NCBI RefSeq assembly: GCF_009914755.1
Contig: NC_060935.1
Strand: one strand, 5' to 3'
Source: the human T2T-CHM13v2.0 reference genome, Homo sapiens
Length of the DNA stretch: 64,000 nucleotides
This document shows, piece after piece, positions 1 to 15,705 of this stretch. The notes beneath the pieces are model-generated. The model was given only the letters and a program-made list of their open reading frames with translations. It had not been told where the DNA came from and ran no database searches. The stretch's first letter is position 1. Every line of letters starts with the position of its first letter. The position numbers and the translations under genes were made by a program.

Positions 1-1139
1 TCTCTCCCCTCTTACCACCTGATACATAATTTCTGCTGTGGCCATAATAGCCTTAAAATGCAGTGGTTTTATTTCTAGGCTTTCTCCTCCTTATGCAGCA
101 GCTAAGCTCCCCCAGGCAGGAATTACAGCAGGTATGTCTGTTTCCCCAGCTCCTAGCATAGGGTCCGGTGAATGCTTACTCAGTGAATGTTTATTAAACA
201 AGTCATTGAATTGTTGAATTGAATATAAAGTGAAAATGGCTTCAGGTGAGCAATGTGTTAATTAGACCCAGGAACTGAAACTCCAGATGGGCAGAATGCA
301 AATTAGAAGAACTTTTTAGAAGCACTGTATTACCACAAGTTCAGCGTGATTTGATTCCCCTCAAGTATTCTAGGACATCTGCACTAGTGCTAGCCCACCA
401 GAACTTCCTGTGGATCACAAGTGGGTGAGGTTCTTAGCCTCTCTCGGATATTTGCCCTCTCAGGAAGCTGGTGGGAATGATGGAGTATCTCCCTGGGAAA
501 TGCATACCTGCACTATATCACTGGGGCTCAGTCTCAGAGAACAGGATGCACTGCAGCTAGTTTAGCAAGAAGGAATTAGTTTCAGGTTACGGGGGGCAAA
601 TAGAATCATTGGAGAGGCTGAAGAAATGGTTGTGGAACTGAATATTCAGGAACGACTTTGAAAACAAAACCGAGCTAGCAAAGGAGCTGCTTCCTCTTTG
701 CCAACAGGAAGCCACCTGCTCAACTGGGAAGCTGTAGCTCCTCCTCCAGCTCCAGAATCAGGCCACCATCAGAGTCAGGAGATGGCCACTGTAGACGCCA
801 CCCAGATAGGGAAGCTGCTGGAGGAAGGGTCAACACCTCTGTGCGGGGGCTTGCCTGCAGGAATGCCAAACAGTGCTGGCAGAGCCTTTGTCCTGCAGGA
901 GCGTTCAATTAGATACAGGTGCTTCCATTAGGAGCTTGCTGCAAGGGATTCTGGGAAATGCAGAACAGGGAGACACTGGGTAGGTTAGGATAGAGGGGAA
1001 GCCCTCTGATCTCCACCCTCGCTCACCCACAATTTCCCAATCTCAGCCCCCCACTATCCACTACAGTACATGGTAGTACCATCATGAACCCCAAGTTAAC
1101 AACTTTATTTTAGTTTTAGATATGTGGCAGAAAAATAAT

Positions 1140-1625
1140 TTTTTCAAATACTTATGTATTCCTAATGAGAACATTTAAAATCTACTCTCTTAGCAATTTT
1201 CAAGTATATAAGACATTGTTATTAACTATAGTCATCGTGTTGTACAGTAGATCTCTTGAACTCATTCCTCCTAACTGAAAGTGTCCTTTGACCAACGTCT
1301 CCTCAATCCTCCTCCCCTACCCTAGCCCCTGATAACTACCATTTTACTCTCTATTTCAATGAGTTTGACATTTTTAGATATCACATCCAGTATTTGGCTT
1401 TCTGGGCCCAGTTTATTTCACTGAATATAGTGTCATTCGAGTTCATTCATATCATTGCAAATGACAAGACTTCTTTCTTTTTTAGGGCTGAATAGTATTC
1501 TATTGTTTATATCTATACCACATTTTCTTTATCCATTCATCTGTTGATTGACACTGAGGTTGATTTCATAATTTGGCTATTGTGAACAATGAAGCAATCA
1601 GTGTGGGAGTGCAGAAGTCTCTTTG
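1140..1625 (-). mobile_element. L1M-type LINE-1 3' fragment
   Basis: L1 3' UTR-like text (aaaatctactctcttagcaattttcaagtat..., gggctgaatagtattc..., tggctattgtgaa). Confidence 0.8.
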
Positions 1626-2795
1626 CCAAGTCGACAACTTCATTAATTCTTATGAGTTAAAAATCAATTTGGAATATTTTCTTAGAGAAAAACAGGCAGT
1701 ACAGTGAGAATATGATCATTTGTTCTGAATTACAGAACTTGGTAGTGCATTAAGGAGAATGGAGTCAGGATTATGATTTTTGTTTGTTTGAGAAACAAAC
1801 AAAACAAGTTCCAGTTACTTATCTTTCCATAGAGTCCCCTCTGTAGATGCCCGGGCTCCTGTTCACAGCCTTGGTGGAGGACATGGCATACGATGTGAAT
1901 TATAGCAGATGCCAGCTTTTGTCCAAATTTGCCCAGAAGGAGAAAGGCAGGAGGAAGAGAGAGAATGAGAGCCCACTTTCAGACAAGTGCCAGTGATACT
2001 AATCAGGGTGCAGACACAGGGCTTTTGCAAAGAGGACTTGCCAAGGCTTGCAGTTGGCCAAGGATCACTGTGCTAGGGTTCAAACAGAGATAGGGCATGC
2101 TCCCAAGGGAGCCCCTGGTTTGGGTCAGTTCTTGGGAAAGACCAGGTTGGAGGAAGGCAGTTCTAGAACTTTCTACCCTATCTCTGAACACCTTAAAAAT
2201 ATTTTTACTCAACTTAGGTCCATCGGTTAAATAAATACAGTACCTGTTTCATAGCATAATCATGATTAATAAACACATTTTTTAAAAAATTCTGTAAGTG
2301 TTAACAAAGTATATCCTACTTTTGTGGTGGAGACTACCAGGAAGTATTTGCCTGTCCCAGTATAACCTAAAAAGACCACCGTAGAGATCCACAAGAAATG
2401 CTGGTCCCCTGATCAGCAGTGGCACCAACACCTGAGAGCTTGTTAGAAATGAAATTCTTGCTGATTGAGAAATGCTGGGGTGGGGCCCAGCCATCTGTTT
2501 TCAATCGACCCTCCAGGTGATTCTGATGGATGGTTTGGGAACCATTGGTTTATGCCAGCATCCCCCTCCCTGAGTTTGCTGAGAACTTTACCGCTTACAA
2601 AGTGTCTTGCATTTGCTGTTTCACACTCATTTGTATAACAGCCCTACTGGTAGAAATTGGGAAAAGGATAGAGATAGAGATAGAGCTAGAGATAAGGGTA
2701 CGGATATGGATAGAGACAGAGAGGGATAGGGTTAGTGATAGGTAAAGGAATGAGATGAGGATAGAGTTAGGGATAAGACAAATAGGGATAGGGAT

Positions 2796-3185
2796 TATCT
2801 TATTTCATTTTCTGCTGCTATAACAATACCACAGACTGGGTAATTTATTATATGAAGAACAAAGGTTCATTTGGCTCATGGTTCTGGAGGCTGAGAAGTC
2901 TGAGAGCATGGCACTTGCATCTGGTGTTATCCCATGATATAAGAGTGAAGGGTGGAAACAAGCACACAAAACAGAGTAAGCAAATGGGGGGATGAACTTA
3001 TCCTTGTATCAGGAGACTACTCCCACAATAACTAACCCACTTCCAAGATAACAGCATTAATCCATTCATGAGGACAGAGCCCTGATGACCTAATCACTTC
3101 TTAAAGGCTCCACCTGTTAACGTTACTATTACAATGGAAATTACATTTCAGCATGAATTTTGGCGGGGGGCATTCAAATCACAAC
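2796..3185. mobile_element. MaLR LTR (MST-like) interrupting a (GATAGG)-rich low-complexity tract
   Basis: ctgctataacaataccacagactgggtaattta...ggctcatggttctggaggctg...cattcaaatcaca, with GATAG-rich runs on both sides. Confidence 0.75.
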
Positions 3186-4895
3186 AAGAATAAAGATAGA
3201 AATAGGAATAGGGTTCAAGATAGATATAGAGATAGGAGTGGACACAGAGATAGAGACTGAGATAGGGATAGAGTTAGGGATAGGGATAGGGATAGAGAGC
3301 AAATTGTCACCTCATGACTGATGAGCAGAGGGGGTATCAGAGTGGTGGTGCAACCTCCCTGAAATCACACATCACATAATGAGCCAGGACTGGCAGTTCC
3401 CCTTTCCCCATTATTTCAACCTCAGGAAGATAGGGATTGTTTGAAATGAGGATTAAACCAATGGCTTCTCTGTGCTGTACAGAATTTTAAATGAAAATAC
3501 AGGCTTCCATCCCACATAGAGTGCAGCAAAGTGGCTGCCATGAGCCTGAGATAATAACTTCTGCCATGACTGTGATGACTGGCTGCTCCTTGCTCAGGGT
3601 GGACCAGCACTTCCCTCTCCTCCTCTCATCTTCTGGCTGCTGAGTTCCATGGCCAGAGCCAACCATGTGGGTCGGCAGACAGCAAACTTGAGGGCTTCAA
3701 TAATACTTACTAAGTCAGTTCACTCATTACATTGGATCATTTTAATTTGTAAATGATCATTTTTCCTCTTAAGCTATGCCCCTCTTTCTAAAGAACACAC
3801 ACAGTGGATTCAGTCAAGGATTCAACAATCTTCTACACATAAGCAAGCTCTGATGCTGGAAAGACGTGCATGCAGAATAACTTTGGCCAGAGTTGGAAGC
3901 CATCTTGAAGATTATCTGGCCTGATTCTTTTTGGAGACACAAAAATTGAAAGTTGCGTTGTTCATTAACTTTCAGGAAATTGATAGGTTTCATATTGAAG
4001 CTTTCAGTATGTTCAAAAAGTCTTCTTATCTAGGGCTTCTTTAGTTTAACATTGTGTCATGCTTTGTTTAAAAAAATTACCAAGTCCAAGCAATGACTTG
4101 AACAGAAATTAAACATATGAGTAAGATCACAGTATTGTCCTTATTTTTAAGTAGTATTTTAAGAAAGTTTCCTCTGGAAATGTTTAATTACCAGATTCCA
4201 AAGTTAAGTTCCTCTTCTCCTGAAATCTGAACAAAATTTAGTATTGTATGATCCCTGAACGTGCTGCCAGCTCCCTGACACCTTCCCCAATAGGCTCTCT
4301 GAATTCCAGAACTTTATCTATACATCTCTTTAAAACCATAGCATCCTGACTGACAATAAATCTTGGTGAATTTTAATAATTATGATAATGATAACAACAG
4401 CTAACATTTGTTAAGCACTTATTATCCCCACACCACTTTTCTAAGCCTCTTACAGGGATTAACTCTTTGACTCCCCCATTTTACTGATTATTATTATTTC
4501 CCCTCGTTTTATAGATGAGGAAACTGCACCATATAGAAATATAAGAAATGTGCTTCAGTTGCTCAAACACTAGGCCAACTCCCTTTAAGCTTTCAATGCT
4601 CTTAATGTTTTAAGGCAATACGTTTGAAATCAAATGGGTTGAAATCACATTCATAGAGCTTCAGTAAGAACAGCAGCTTATTCTTTACTTACACATGTCA
4701 TACATGAGAGTTTGGTTGTGTGTCTTCCATAATCACCTTCCAACTCAATGGAGTCAGCGCTAGACTCCATTATGCCATGTACCACACAATGGCCAGGAAA
4801 AACAATGCCAGTGTCGCCTTCACAGCAGACATTTATAGCAGACATCAGATCACTACAGAACTAGAAAATAACAACATATTTGCAAATAAACACCC

Positions 4896-5225
4896 TGATA
4901 TGCTCTGGATCTGTGTTCCCACCCAAATCTCATGTTCAGTTGTAATCCCCTATGTTGGAGATGGGGCTTGGTAGGAAGTGACTGGATCATGGGGGTGGTT
5001 TCTAATGGTTTAGCACAATCCCTCTAGTGTTGCTCTCGTGATACAGTCCTCACGAGATATAGTTGTTTAAAAGTGTGTAGCATCTCTCCTCTCTCTCTCT
5101 CCCTCCTGCTCCAGCCATGTAAGATGTACTTGCTTCCCCTTCACCTTCTGCCATGGTTGTAAGTTTCCTGAGGTCTCCCCTGCCATGTTTCCTGTACAGT
5201 GTGTAGAACTGTGAGCCAATTAAAC
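4896..5225. mobile_element. MaLR LTR (THE1/MST-like)
   Basis: tgatatgctctggatctgtgttcccacccaaatctcatg...gaactgtgagccaattaaac. Confidence 0.8.
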
Positions 5226-5349
5226 TTCTTTTCTTTAAAAATAAATTAAAAAAAAAAAGAAACTTGGTGGAGGTCACACACAGTTAATTAATAATAGAAC
5301 TAGACTTCAAGTACAGGTAATTTGACTAAAAAGAACCAATTCAGTATTT

Positions 5350-5600
5350 AATGAATGAGTGAGGAGTGGATGAATGAGTGAATTATTGGTTGGTTGGTTG
5401 GTTGGATGGATGGATGGATGGATGGATGGATAGATGGATAGCTGAATGGATGGATGGTTATATGTATGGTTGGATGGATGGACAGTTGTAGAGCTGTATG
5501 TATAGTTGGATTAATGGTTGGAGAGACGATGGAAAGATGGATGGGGTGATGGATGGATGATGGGTGGCTGGGCAGATGGATGGATGGACATGGATGAATG
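5350..5600. repeat. (TGGA)n-rich simple repeat
   Basis: Degenerate tggatgga run. Confidence 0.85.
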
Positions 5601-6727
5601 GTAAAAATAAAGAATAGAAAACAATACACTTGAGTCATCTCTAGGCTGGCCTCTATGTTCCTGAGCAGCCAGCACTGATGTGCATGGATACAGGCTGGGC
5701 TGGGACAAGAGGTTGTACCCAGAGCTGCATCCTGTGTGGGCTGGAGAGGATTGCTGCAGTTGAACCAACTATTGCAGGATTGACCTGGGGATGACACAAT
5801 GGCCCCAGCTGACCCTTTTACCACCTCTTCTACTGCTGTTGTGTAGGGCTGGGGGATAATGAGTCCCATAATTTGAGACATGAGAACAAAATGGCCTCTT
5901 GGGCAATGATTATCCCTGAGGTCTGAGCTGCCCATTGGCTGGTACACCTTGGGGTAAGAATCAACTCTCCAGGAACACAGAAATCATCTGGGGACTGGGT
6001 TTACAGTTATTTACCCCAGTCTCTCAACTGGCTTTTAATGAAGCAATTTTCAGCATCAGATTAAGTGTAATGGACTATTAGGATCACTAATTGTTGTGTT
6101 TTTAATAGGAGAAACACTCTGGAATAGTATAAATAACTTGCTGAATGCTGGTAATTACACTCCTTTGGAGAAATCAGGCAAGCCAGGTTTCTGAGTGAAT
6201 GTGTGTGGGCCCCAGTTATTGAGTACTCTTGATTTACTGTGCTATAAACATGGATATTTTTCTCAATTGCTTCCAGCTGTGCTGACCCCTCCTCTCACCC
6301 CTGCTCTTCCCATCAGGCAGCAGGCAACCTGAGTGATTGCTGATGGCTCATGCTGATTTCGTTACTGTTTACATACTTCTGGTTCTACTGGGAAGCAGGC
6401 TAAGATCTATACCTGCCTGGGGTTGAGACCCAGCTCCCCACTTTCTTAACTGTGTGACTGGGTGCTTCCACTTGTGTTCTCTAGAATAGGGATAACCGTA
6501 GCCCCTACTTCCACCATCCTTGTGGTGAGGACTGAGGTAGGTAACCTATGCACACCACTTAGAACAAGGCTGGTGTAAGGCAAGTTATGCTTTTATTAGG
6601 GCTGGGGCAGTCTCATTAATATTTTCTACAGCTTGGTCCTATATGTTTTAAAATATTAATGTCATATTTGATTCAAGGACGTTCTCCCTCTATGCTTCCC
6701 CGTACCACCACTGCTCCAGCCTTGACT

Positions 6728-7905
6728 GTGGGTGGAAGGAAGAATGGATGGGTGGAGAGATGGTTGGATGGATGGATGAGTGGGTGGGTGGGTGGATGGA
6801 AGGAAGAGTGGATGGGTGGAGAGATGGTTGGATGGACGGATGAGTGGGCGGGTGGGTGGATGGAAGAAAGAGTGGATGGGTGGAGAGATGGTTGGATGGA
6901 TGGATGAGTGGGTGGGTGGGTGGATGGAAGGAAGAATGGATGGGTGGAGAGATGGTTGGATGGATGGATGAGTGGGCGGGTGGGTGGATGGAAGGAAGAA
7001 TGGATGGGTGGAGAGATGGTTGGATGGATGGATGAGTGGGCGGGTGGGTGGATGGAAGGAAGAATGGATGGGTGGAGAGATGGTTGGATGGATGGATGAG
7101 TGGGTGGGTGGTTGGATGGAAGGAGGAATGGATGGGTGGAGAGATGGTTGGATGGATGGAGGAGAGGGTGGATGGGTGGATGGAAGGAAGAATGGATGGG
7201 TGGAGAGATGGTTGGATGGATGGATGAGTGGGCGGGTGGGTGGATGGAAGGAAGAATGGATGGGTGGGGAGATGGTTGGATGGATGGATGAGTGGGTGGG
7301 TGGGTGGATGGAAGGAAGAATGGATGGGTGGAGAGATGGTTGGATGGATGGAAGGGTGGAGAGATGGTTGGATGGATGGATGAGTGGGCAGTTGGGTGGA
7401 TGGAAGGAAGAATGGATGGGTGGAGAGATGGTTGGATGAATGGATGAGTGGGCGGGTGGGTGGATGGAAGGAAGAATGGATGGGTGGAGAGATGGTTGGA
7501 TGGATGGATGAGTGGGTGGGTGGATGGAAGGAAGAATGGATGGGTGGAGAGATGGTTGGATGGATGGATGAGTGGGTGGGTGGATGGAAGGAAGAATGGA
7601 TGGGTGGGGAGATGGTTGGATGGATGGATGAGTGGGTGGGTGGGTGGATGGAAGGAAGAATGGATGGGTGGAGACATGGTTGGATGGATGGATGAGTGGG
7701 TTGGTGGGTGGATGGAAGGAAGAATGGATGGGTGGACAGATGGTTGGATGGATGAATGAGTGGGTGGGTGGATGGAAGGAAGAATGGATGGGTGGGGAGA
7801 TGGTTGGATGGATGGAGGAGAGGGTGGATGGGTGATGGGTGGATGAGTAGATGGATGGATGAATGGATTGTTGAATGAGTGGATGGGTGGGTGGTTGGAT
7901 AGATG
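6728..7905. repeat. GGAT/GGGT-derived minisatellite with a ~64-bp higher-order unit
   Basis: Repeated GGAAGGAAGAATGGATGGGTGGAGAGATGGTTGGATGGATGGATGAGTGGG(C/T)GGGTGGGTGGAT. The ORF-track starts here are spaced 64 nt apart. Confidence 0.95.
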
Positions 7906-9453
7906 AATAAATTTTGTATTTGATGGTAGGTCTTTCTTTCTTTCTCTCTGTCTCCCTCCTACTGCCCCAGCCCTGACTCCTGCAGCTGAGTGAGGAGTGC
8001 TGGAGTGCCTGTTCATCTTATGTCCCTCCCTCTTCCCTTCACTGTGTGCTCCAGTGTGCGTAGGGAGGAAAGAGGAAGAAAAGATAGCTCCTCACCTGAC
8101 TGTCTAGAGTGAGGATGCCATCCTTTCGTTGGTCATCCTTGCCGCTGTGGTCTGTGGCCTGCATGTGGGCAGGCGTGACTTCCCTGAGCATATAGGTGGT
8201 AAATTTTCAGAGTGTTTGCCTGTCCCCAAGTTATTTTTTTTTTATCATTTCCACCTATTGGAAAATGTATGAGATTCTAGGTTCAAAATAATCCTTCCTC
8301 TTAACTTGATGGTTTTCTTGTCTTGTCTTCTACAACAATTTGCAGTCAAGAATTCTGATAATAATAATAACTGGAGTCACTTTCCCTTGTGATAGTGGCA
8401 CCAGATTTAGCAAGCAGAGATAATGCACAACATTTGGGACAGGCTTATACTAAAAATTTGTTACATTTCTGAAATTCAAAATTTAACTGGGTAATCTGGG
8501 TTTTTTTCCAGTCACCCTACTTTAAGTTAACCTGCGTTTGCTGATTTCTCTCAAAGCCTCTAGATGTCATTATTTTTGATATTCTGAAATTCCACTAGTG
8601 TCTGCAAGCAGGACCCTTCCTTGGGTCTGTGCAGCCCTCCGTGGCCCCTCTACACTGAAAACATGTGTCTTCTATTTGTTTGGTTGGTTTCTTCCTCTCC
8701 TTAGTTCTCTCTGTTCTCCTCTGGCACTCTTACTAGATGCTATTTACAGATTTAAACTGCCTGTTACACCTAAATAACCTTGATCTAGTTAATTCACTTC
8801 TCTTAGCACCAGTTTCTGCTTCATGAAATCAGCTATAATGAAACCAACCTCACAGAAACGTCATAAGGATTAAATTCATTGGAGGATGTAATGCCCCTTG
8901 CATGGTGAGTGCTATGGGTACTGCCCCGATCGTGCCTTCAAGAGGCCAGAGTATCCATGCTGTTCTGCCCATGTGGGTACATCAGGCCTGTGGTAGGATG
9001 GCACTTCCTGCCTCTTGTGGTTGGGTAGGGCCATGTGATTTGTTGTGGTTAATCATGGCTATGTGCCCTGTGGCTTTTCTGGACTAATGTATTTAGTTGC
9101 CAATGTAAGACCCACCAGCACACTCTTCTGCTCATCCACAATGAATGACAATGTCTCTGATGGTCTGCTCTGTCACTGGATTCTAAGGGAGGATGATGTA
9201 GGAGGCAGCCCCTGTTGACCTTCAGTGGACATGCAGCATGAGGGAGAGACTGACTTTTGTTTTATGGCACTGAGATTTGGGGGATGCTTCTTCCTGCAGC
9301 ACAGCTTCACCTTCCTGACTGATACACAGGAAGAGCCAGGATTTCCCTCTCCTCCACTACTCTGCATTCATGCAGCTTGTGTCCTGCGACACTGCGTAGT
9401 GAGTGTCCTGTGCTTCTGCCAGCTGAGCCCAGACAAAAAGACAGAGTCCATCC

Positions 9454-9459
9454 TTTATT
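9454..9459 (-). terminator. Polyadenylation signal AATAAA of the actin-like gene
   Basis: tttatt on the + strand, about 140 nt downstream of the TGA on the minus strand. Confidence 0.7.
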
Positions 9460-9598
9460 GACCTTCTTTATCGAAGTCTGGGGGAGGAAGTGCCTTTGCC
9501 CTTGAGCTGGTTCTGAGCTCTGTTCAATTCAGCCACAACAAGGCTCATCCTGCAGTTGGTGTCGAAGGCACAGGCAACATGGTCCTGAAAGCCACACA

Positions 9599-9742
9599 TC
9601 AGAAGCTTTTTCTACTGATGATGGAAGAGCCCATCTCCTTGTACTCCTTGCTGGTGACCCACATATCCTTGAACGTGGAGAGTGAGCACAAGATGGAGCC
9701 ACCTACCCAAGCTCCATAGACAGAATACGGACAGGTGGCCAC
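9599..9742 (-). pseudogene. ACTE1P: Actin-like terminal coding exon: VATCPYSVYGAWVGGSILCSLSTFKDMWVTSKEYKEMGSSIISRKSF*
   Basis: Acceptor ccttaaccccatccag. Matches the actin C-terminus ([34 protein letters not shown]), with TGA at the homologous position. Absent from the ORF track. Confidence 0.93.
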
Positions 9743-9974
9743 CTGGATGGGGTTAAGGAGGCAGAGGAGAGTGGAGGGCAGAGGAGGGAAGGGGAGGTGG
9801 GGAGTGGGCAGGAGAAAAGAGAAGACAGCAAAATCAAAATACTACTCTGAAGTGTGGACACAAAACATCCACCCCTGAGAGAACTTCATGGACAGTTGTC
9901 TCTCCCTCCTGGCAAATACAATCTGTGATTTGCCATTAAAGATGTCGAACATTCCATGCCTACTTCCTGTAGCT

Positions 9975-10282
<308 letters not shown>

Positions 10283-10741
10283 GTAGCTTTAAACAATTAG
10301 ATAAAATGAATAAGAGCACAGAGGACTCGTACACTTGGCATTTTAAAACATGCAACACATTTTATCCATATAGAATGACGGTGCCTAAGGCATAGGTAGG
10401 TATTTTGTAGAAAAATTCGAAAATACAGATAAGCAAAATCAACCAATCACCAGTCATTAAACCCCCTGGAGAAATTCCTTCTAGATTGTGATGGGGAGCT
10501 TTCAAGATTTCCTCTCTCTATTGCTAGGCTCCTCTTTTCATGACCACACCTATAAAGTGTATATTTCTTTCCATTTCTATTTTAAGAGAGAAAGTAGTGT
10601 TTCTTATACCAAGTCAGGTCACCTCTGGGCTAGGAGGAAGTGAAAGTCTCTACAGCCATTTGTCACTGATCCAGGTGACAGCCCCTTGGTGGAAGAGGCT
10701 CCCAGGTGCCTGGCATTGGTCCTTTCTCTGCCTGATGCAGG

Positions 10742-11272
<531 letters not shown>

Positions 11273-11727
11273 TCAGACACTTGTCATTTTCACACATTCA
11301 CTAACTTTCTTTAAGGCACTTAGGTAGATAATAACAGGACATGCTTAGGATTCTAAGACATGGAGCAAATGCCTCGCTGCAGGGATCTGCAGGCACGAAG
11401 CGCTGAATGGAGATTTGGGAAACCCAAGGCTTAGGTGAGAGGGAAGGAAGAGTGGTTCCCCGACTCAACTGCCCAGTGTCTCCCGGCTCTGTCACACCAC
11501 AGAATGGCGCTTGGCTTGGAAACCACTTGCTGGCATTGGTTAAGAAAAGATTTATCATTATAGCTAAAAAAATAAAAATAAAAAGGAAGAGTCAGGAGGG
11601 GGGAAAAAAAGGCATGGTTAGGATCAGGGCATCAGGCAGAGAAAGGGCCGACGCAGGCACCCGGGAGCCTCTTCCACGGAGGGGCTGTCACCTCAATCAG
11701 TTGATGACCTCATCTGCGTCTTATCTA

Positions 11728-12144
<417 letters not shown>

Positions 12145-12733
12145 TTACGAGAAATATGTTTACAAAAAAAAAAAAAAAAAAAAAACAGAGAAAAGAACAA
12201 CAAACATTTCTTCTCCATCTACCCAGGTGCCCAGGGGTTTTGAGAACAAAGGACACTGTGCTGGCGTGGACGTGGTCCAGAGCTGGCTCAGCCCTCGCCG
12301 GGACAGATGGGAGCCTCAGTGTTTCTGTGGGCAATTGGGTCATCCATTCAAAAAGCCTCAAATTGTGCATGATTCTGACTCCAAAATCCACATCTAGAAA
12401 TGGATCTAAGGGTAAAATAACATTCTGAAGAAATAAGGGGGAATAATGGGCAGAGTTTTAGCTCAAGAACATTTATTACAGCAGATTTAGGCTGCTGGGA
12501 GAAACAATTATTTGAAAAGTTGCCCCCATTGAAACGAGCTGTTCTCTCAAGGTGGATGATGAACTCATTTCAGGGAGAGGATTTTCTTTAGGCAACAATT
12601 TAATGAGCTTTATGGATGCTTACAGGAGAATCTACCACTGTACCTCTTTCAGAGATGGCTTAGATGGAGAGAAATTATGCAGAGAAGAGCTAAATCACTG
12701 CCAAGTAATGGGAAATGGGCGATGTCATCATCA

Positions 12734-13145
<412 letters not shown>

Positions 13146-14483
13146 AAAGAGAAAAAAAGGAAGTTATGAAAGTATGATATTCAATTTTAATTTGTTTTCC
13201 ATGCTGGGCTAAGCAGTAGCCTTCTGTTCTGATTCAGTCAAAGTTCATTACACACAAGAGCCTGGAGTCGTCCAGAAAGCTGAGAGGAGGGAGACCAGAA
13301 ACAGGCTATGAAGTGACAGCCAAGGGCTTTGGAGTGAGAAGGTGGGAGGGGTGATGGTTTTAATAGAATGTAAATGCCTATGATATAACATAAGATGGTC
13401 TAACGAGAGCTGCAGACTTAGGGAGGAAGGAAACGGATAACAGTTTTACAGCATCCCATGAATGTTTATGGCCTACAGGAAGAGGGCTGAAGACTTGGGA
13501 AGTGACAAGGCAGTAGGAAGATATTTTGTGTAATCCTGGCTGATGCATTTGTAATTCCTGATGCTTGTCTGTTGCTACGGAGGAGGGTTAGGGACCACCT
13601 GGGACAGGCACCACTGCTGTGCATTCTCTTTCAAATCTCACCCTGGTCTATAGAGCAAGGACAGGAAGGGTACAGGGAACACTGTCAGATGGGCAAGGAG
13701 AGTCTCAGAGGCAGCTGAAGATGCTCTGAGGACACGTTCCAGACCCTTCCCTCTGAGCGCATCTGCCTGCAACCAGATCTGAGGCCCCTAGGGTTGGGGG
13801 TGAGAGTGATGGGTGATAGGGTGATATAATCTTCGAGAAAAGTTTGGGGGGCTGTGGGCAAAAGGGAGTAAGTCCTTGCCTCCTGCCTGTAGACTCTGGA
13901 GGAAGTCACCTTGCAGTGTCCTGTTCCAAAGCTGGCGGCTGGAGTGGAGGGGACAAGGGCAGTAAGACAGGTCTAGGGAGGACAAGAAGTGCTGAGATGG
14001 CCACTCACGCCCCTGCCCACCCTGGTGTCTGGAAGGTCCCGCCCCCCTGCCCCGCCCACACGGAGCATACAAAGGGTGGCTGTGAACCCTGGTGACAGGC
14101 CCGAGGGGAGTGATGGTGTCCCTCTGGTGAGAGTCTGTTGTGCACCTGCAGGAGACCCCATTACAGAGCGCCCTACAACTGGCCTGTGGGATTTGCAGCC
14201 AGCTCAAGGGCCAGCTGGTGAGATGGGAAGGATTCAGGGCCAGCTCGACAGGGATGCCCTGCAGTGACAGCCCCCAAAGACCCCACATCAGAGGCTGTGA
14301 GGCCTCTGACACAGAGGAAGCCAGAGAAAGTGTCCACTGGGGACAAACCTGGGTGGGGCTCCCACGGGGGAAGAGTGCTTTCATTTAACCAAGGGAGGCT
14401 GCATTCATGGGACAGCTGCTGAGCTCAACTGGAAATGAGTGAGTGACATTGCCCCTCCTGCCCCAGCCAGCCAGGCCAGGTGT

Positions 14484-15705
14484 GTCCCACATCCCAGCAG
14501 TCCCAACATCCTGACAGTCCCACATCCCAGCAATCCCGACATCCTGACAGTCCCACATACCAGCAGTCCCTACATCCTGACAGTCCCACATACCAGCAGC
14601 CCCGACATCCTGACAGTCCCACACACCAGCAATCCTGACATCCTGACAGTCCCAACATCCCAACAGTCCCAACATCGCAACACTCCCAACATCCCAACAG
14701 TCCCAACATTCTCACAGTCCCAACATCCCAACAGTCCTGACATCCTGACAGTCCCAACATCCCAACAGTCCTGATATTCCAACAGTCCCCGACATCCTGA
14801 CTGTTCTGACATTCCAACAGTCCCGACGTGCTGACAGTCACAACATCCCAACAGTCCTGACATTCCAACAGTCCTGACATCCCAAGAGTCCCGACGTCCT
14901 GATAGTCCCAACATCCCAACAGTCCCAACATTCCGACAGTCCCAACATCCTGACAGTCCCGACATTCTGACAGTCCCGATATTCCAACAGTCCCGACATT
15001 CCGACAGTCCCGACATTCTGATAGTACTGACATCCCAACAGTCCTGACATTCCAACAGTCCCGACAACCCAACAGTCCCAACATCCCTACAGTCCTGACA
15101 TTCCAACAGTCCTGACATCCCAACAGTCCCAACATCCCTACAGTCCCGACATTCCAACAGTCCTGACATCCCAACAGTCCCAACATCCCTACAGTCCCGA
15201 TATCTGACAGTCCCAACATCCCGATAGTACTGACATTCCAACAATCCTGACATCCCAACAGTCCCAACATCCCAACAGTCCCAACATCCCGACAGTCTCA
15301 ACATCCCAGCAGTCCCGACATCCAAACAGTCCCAACAGTCCAACAGTCCCAACATCCCAACAGTCCCAACATCCCAACAGTTCCAATATCCCAACAGTCC
15401 CAACATCCCGACAGTCTCAACATCCCAGCAGTCCCGACATCCAAAGAGTCCCAACATTCCAACAGCTCCAACATCCCAACAGTCCCGACATCCAAACAAT
15501 CCCGACATTCCAACAGTCCCAACATTCCAACAGTCCCGACATCCCAACAGTCCCAATATTCCAACAGCCCCAACATTCCAACAGTCCCGACATCCTGACA
15601 GTCCTGACATCTCAGCAGTCCCCAAATCCTGGCAGTCCTAACATTCTGACAGTCCCAATGTCCTGACAGTCCCAACATCCCAACAGTCCTAATGTCCTGA
15701 CTGTC
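14484..15705. repeat. 17-bp-unit minisatellite (CATCCCAA+CAGTCCCAA variants), ~1.2 kb
   Basis: Direct inspection; it is the source of the repetitive Cys/Trp/Asp ORFs here. Confidence 0.95.

Noticed and set aside
6673-8016. 447-aa His/Pro/Ser-rich ORF and overlapping Trp/Gly ORFs
   Set aside because: Translation of the GGAT-derived minisatellite; no splice or homology support.
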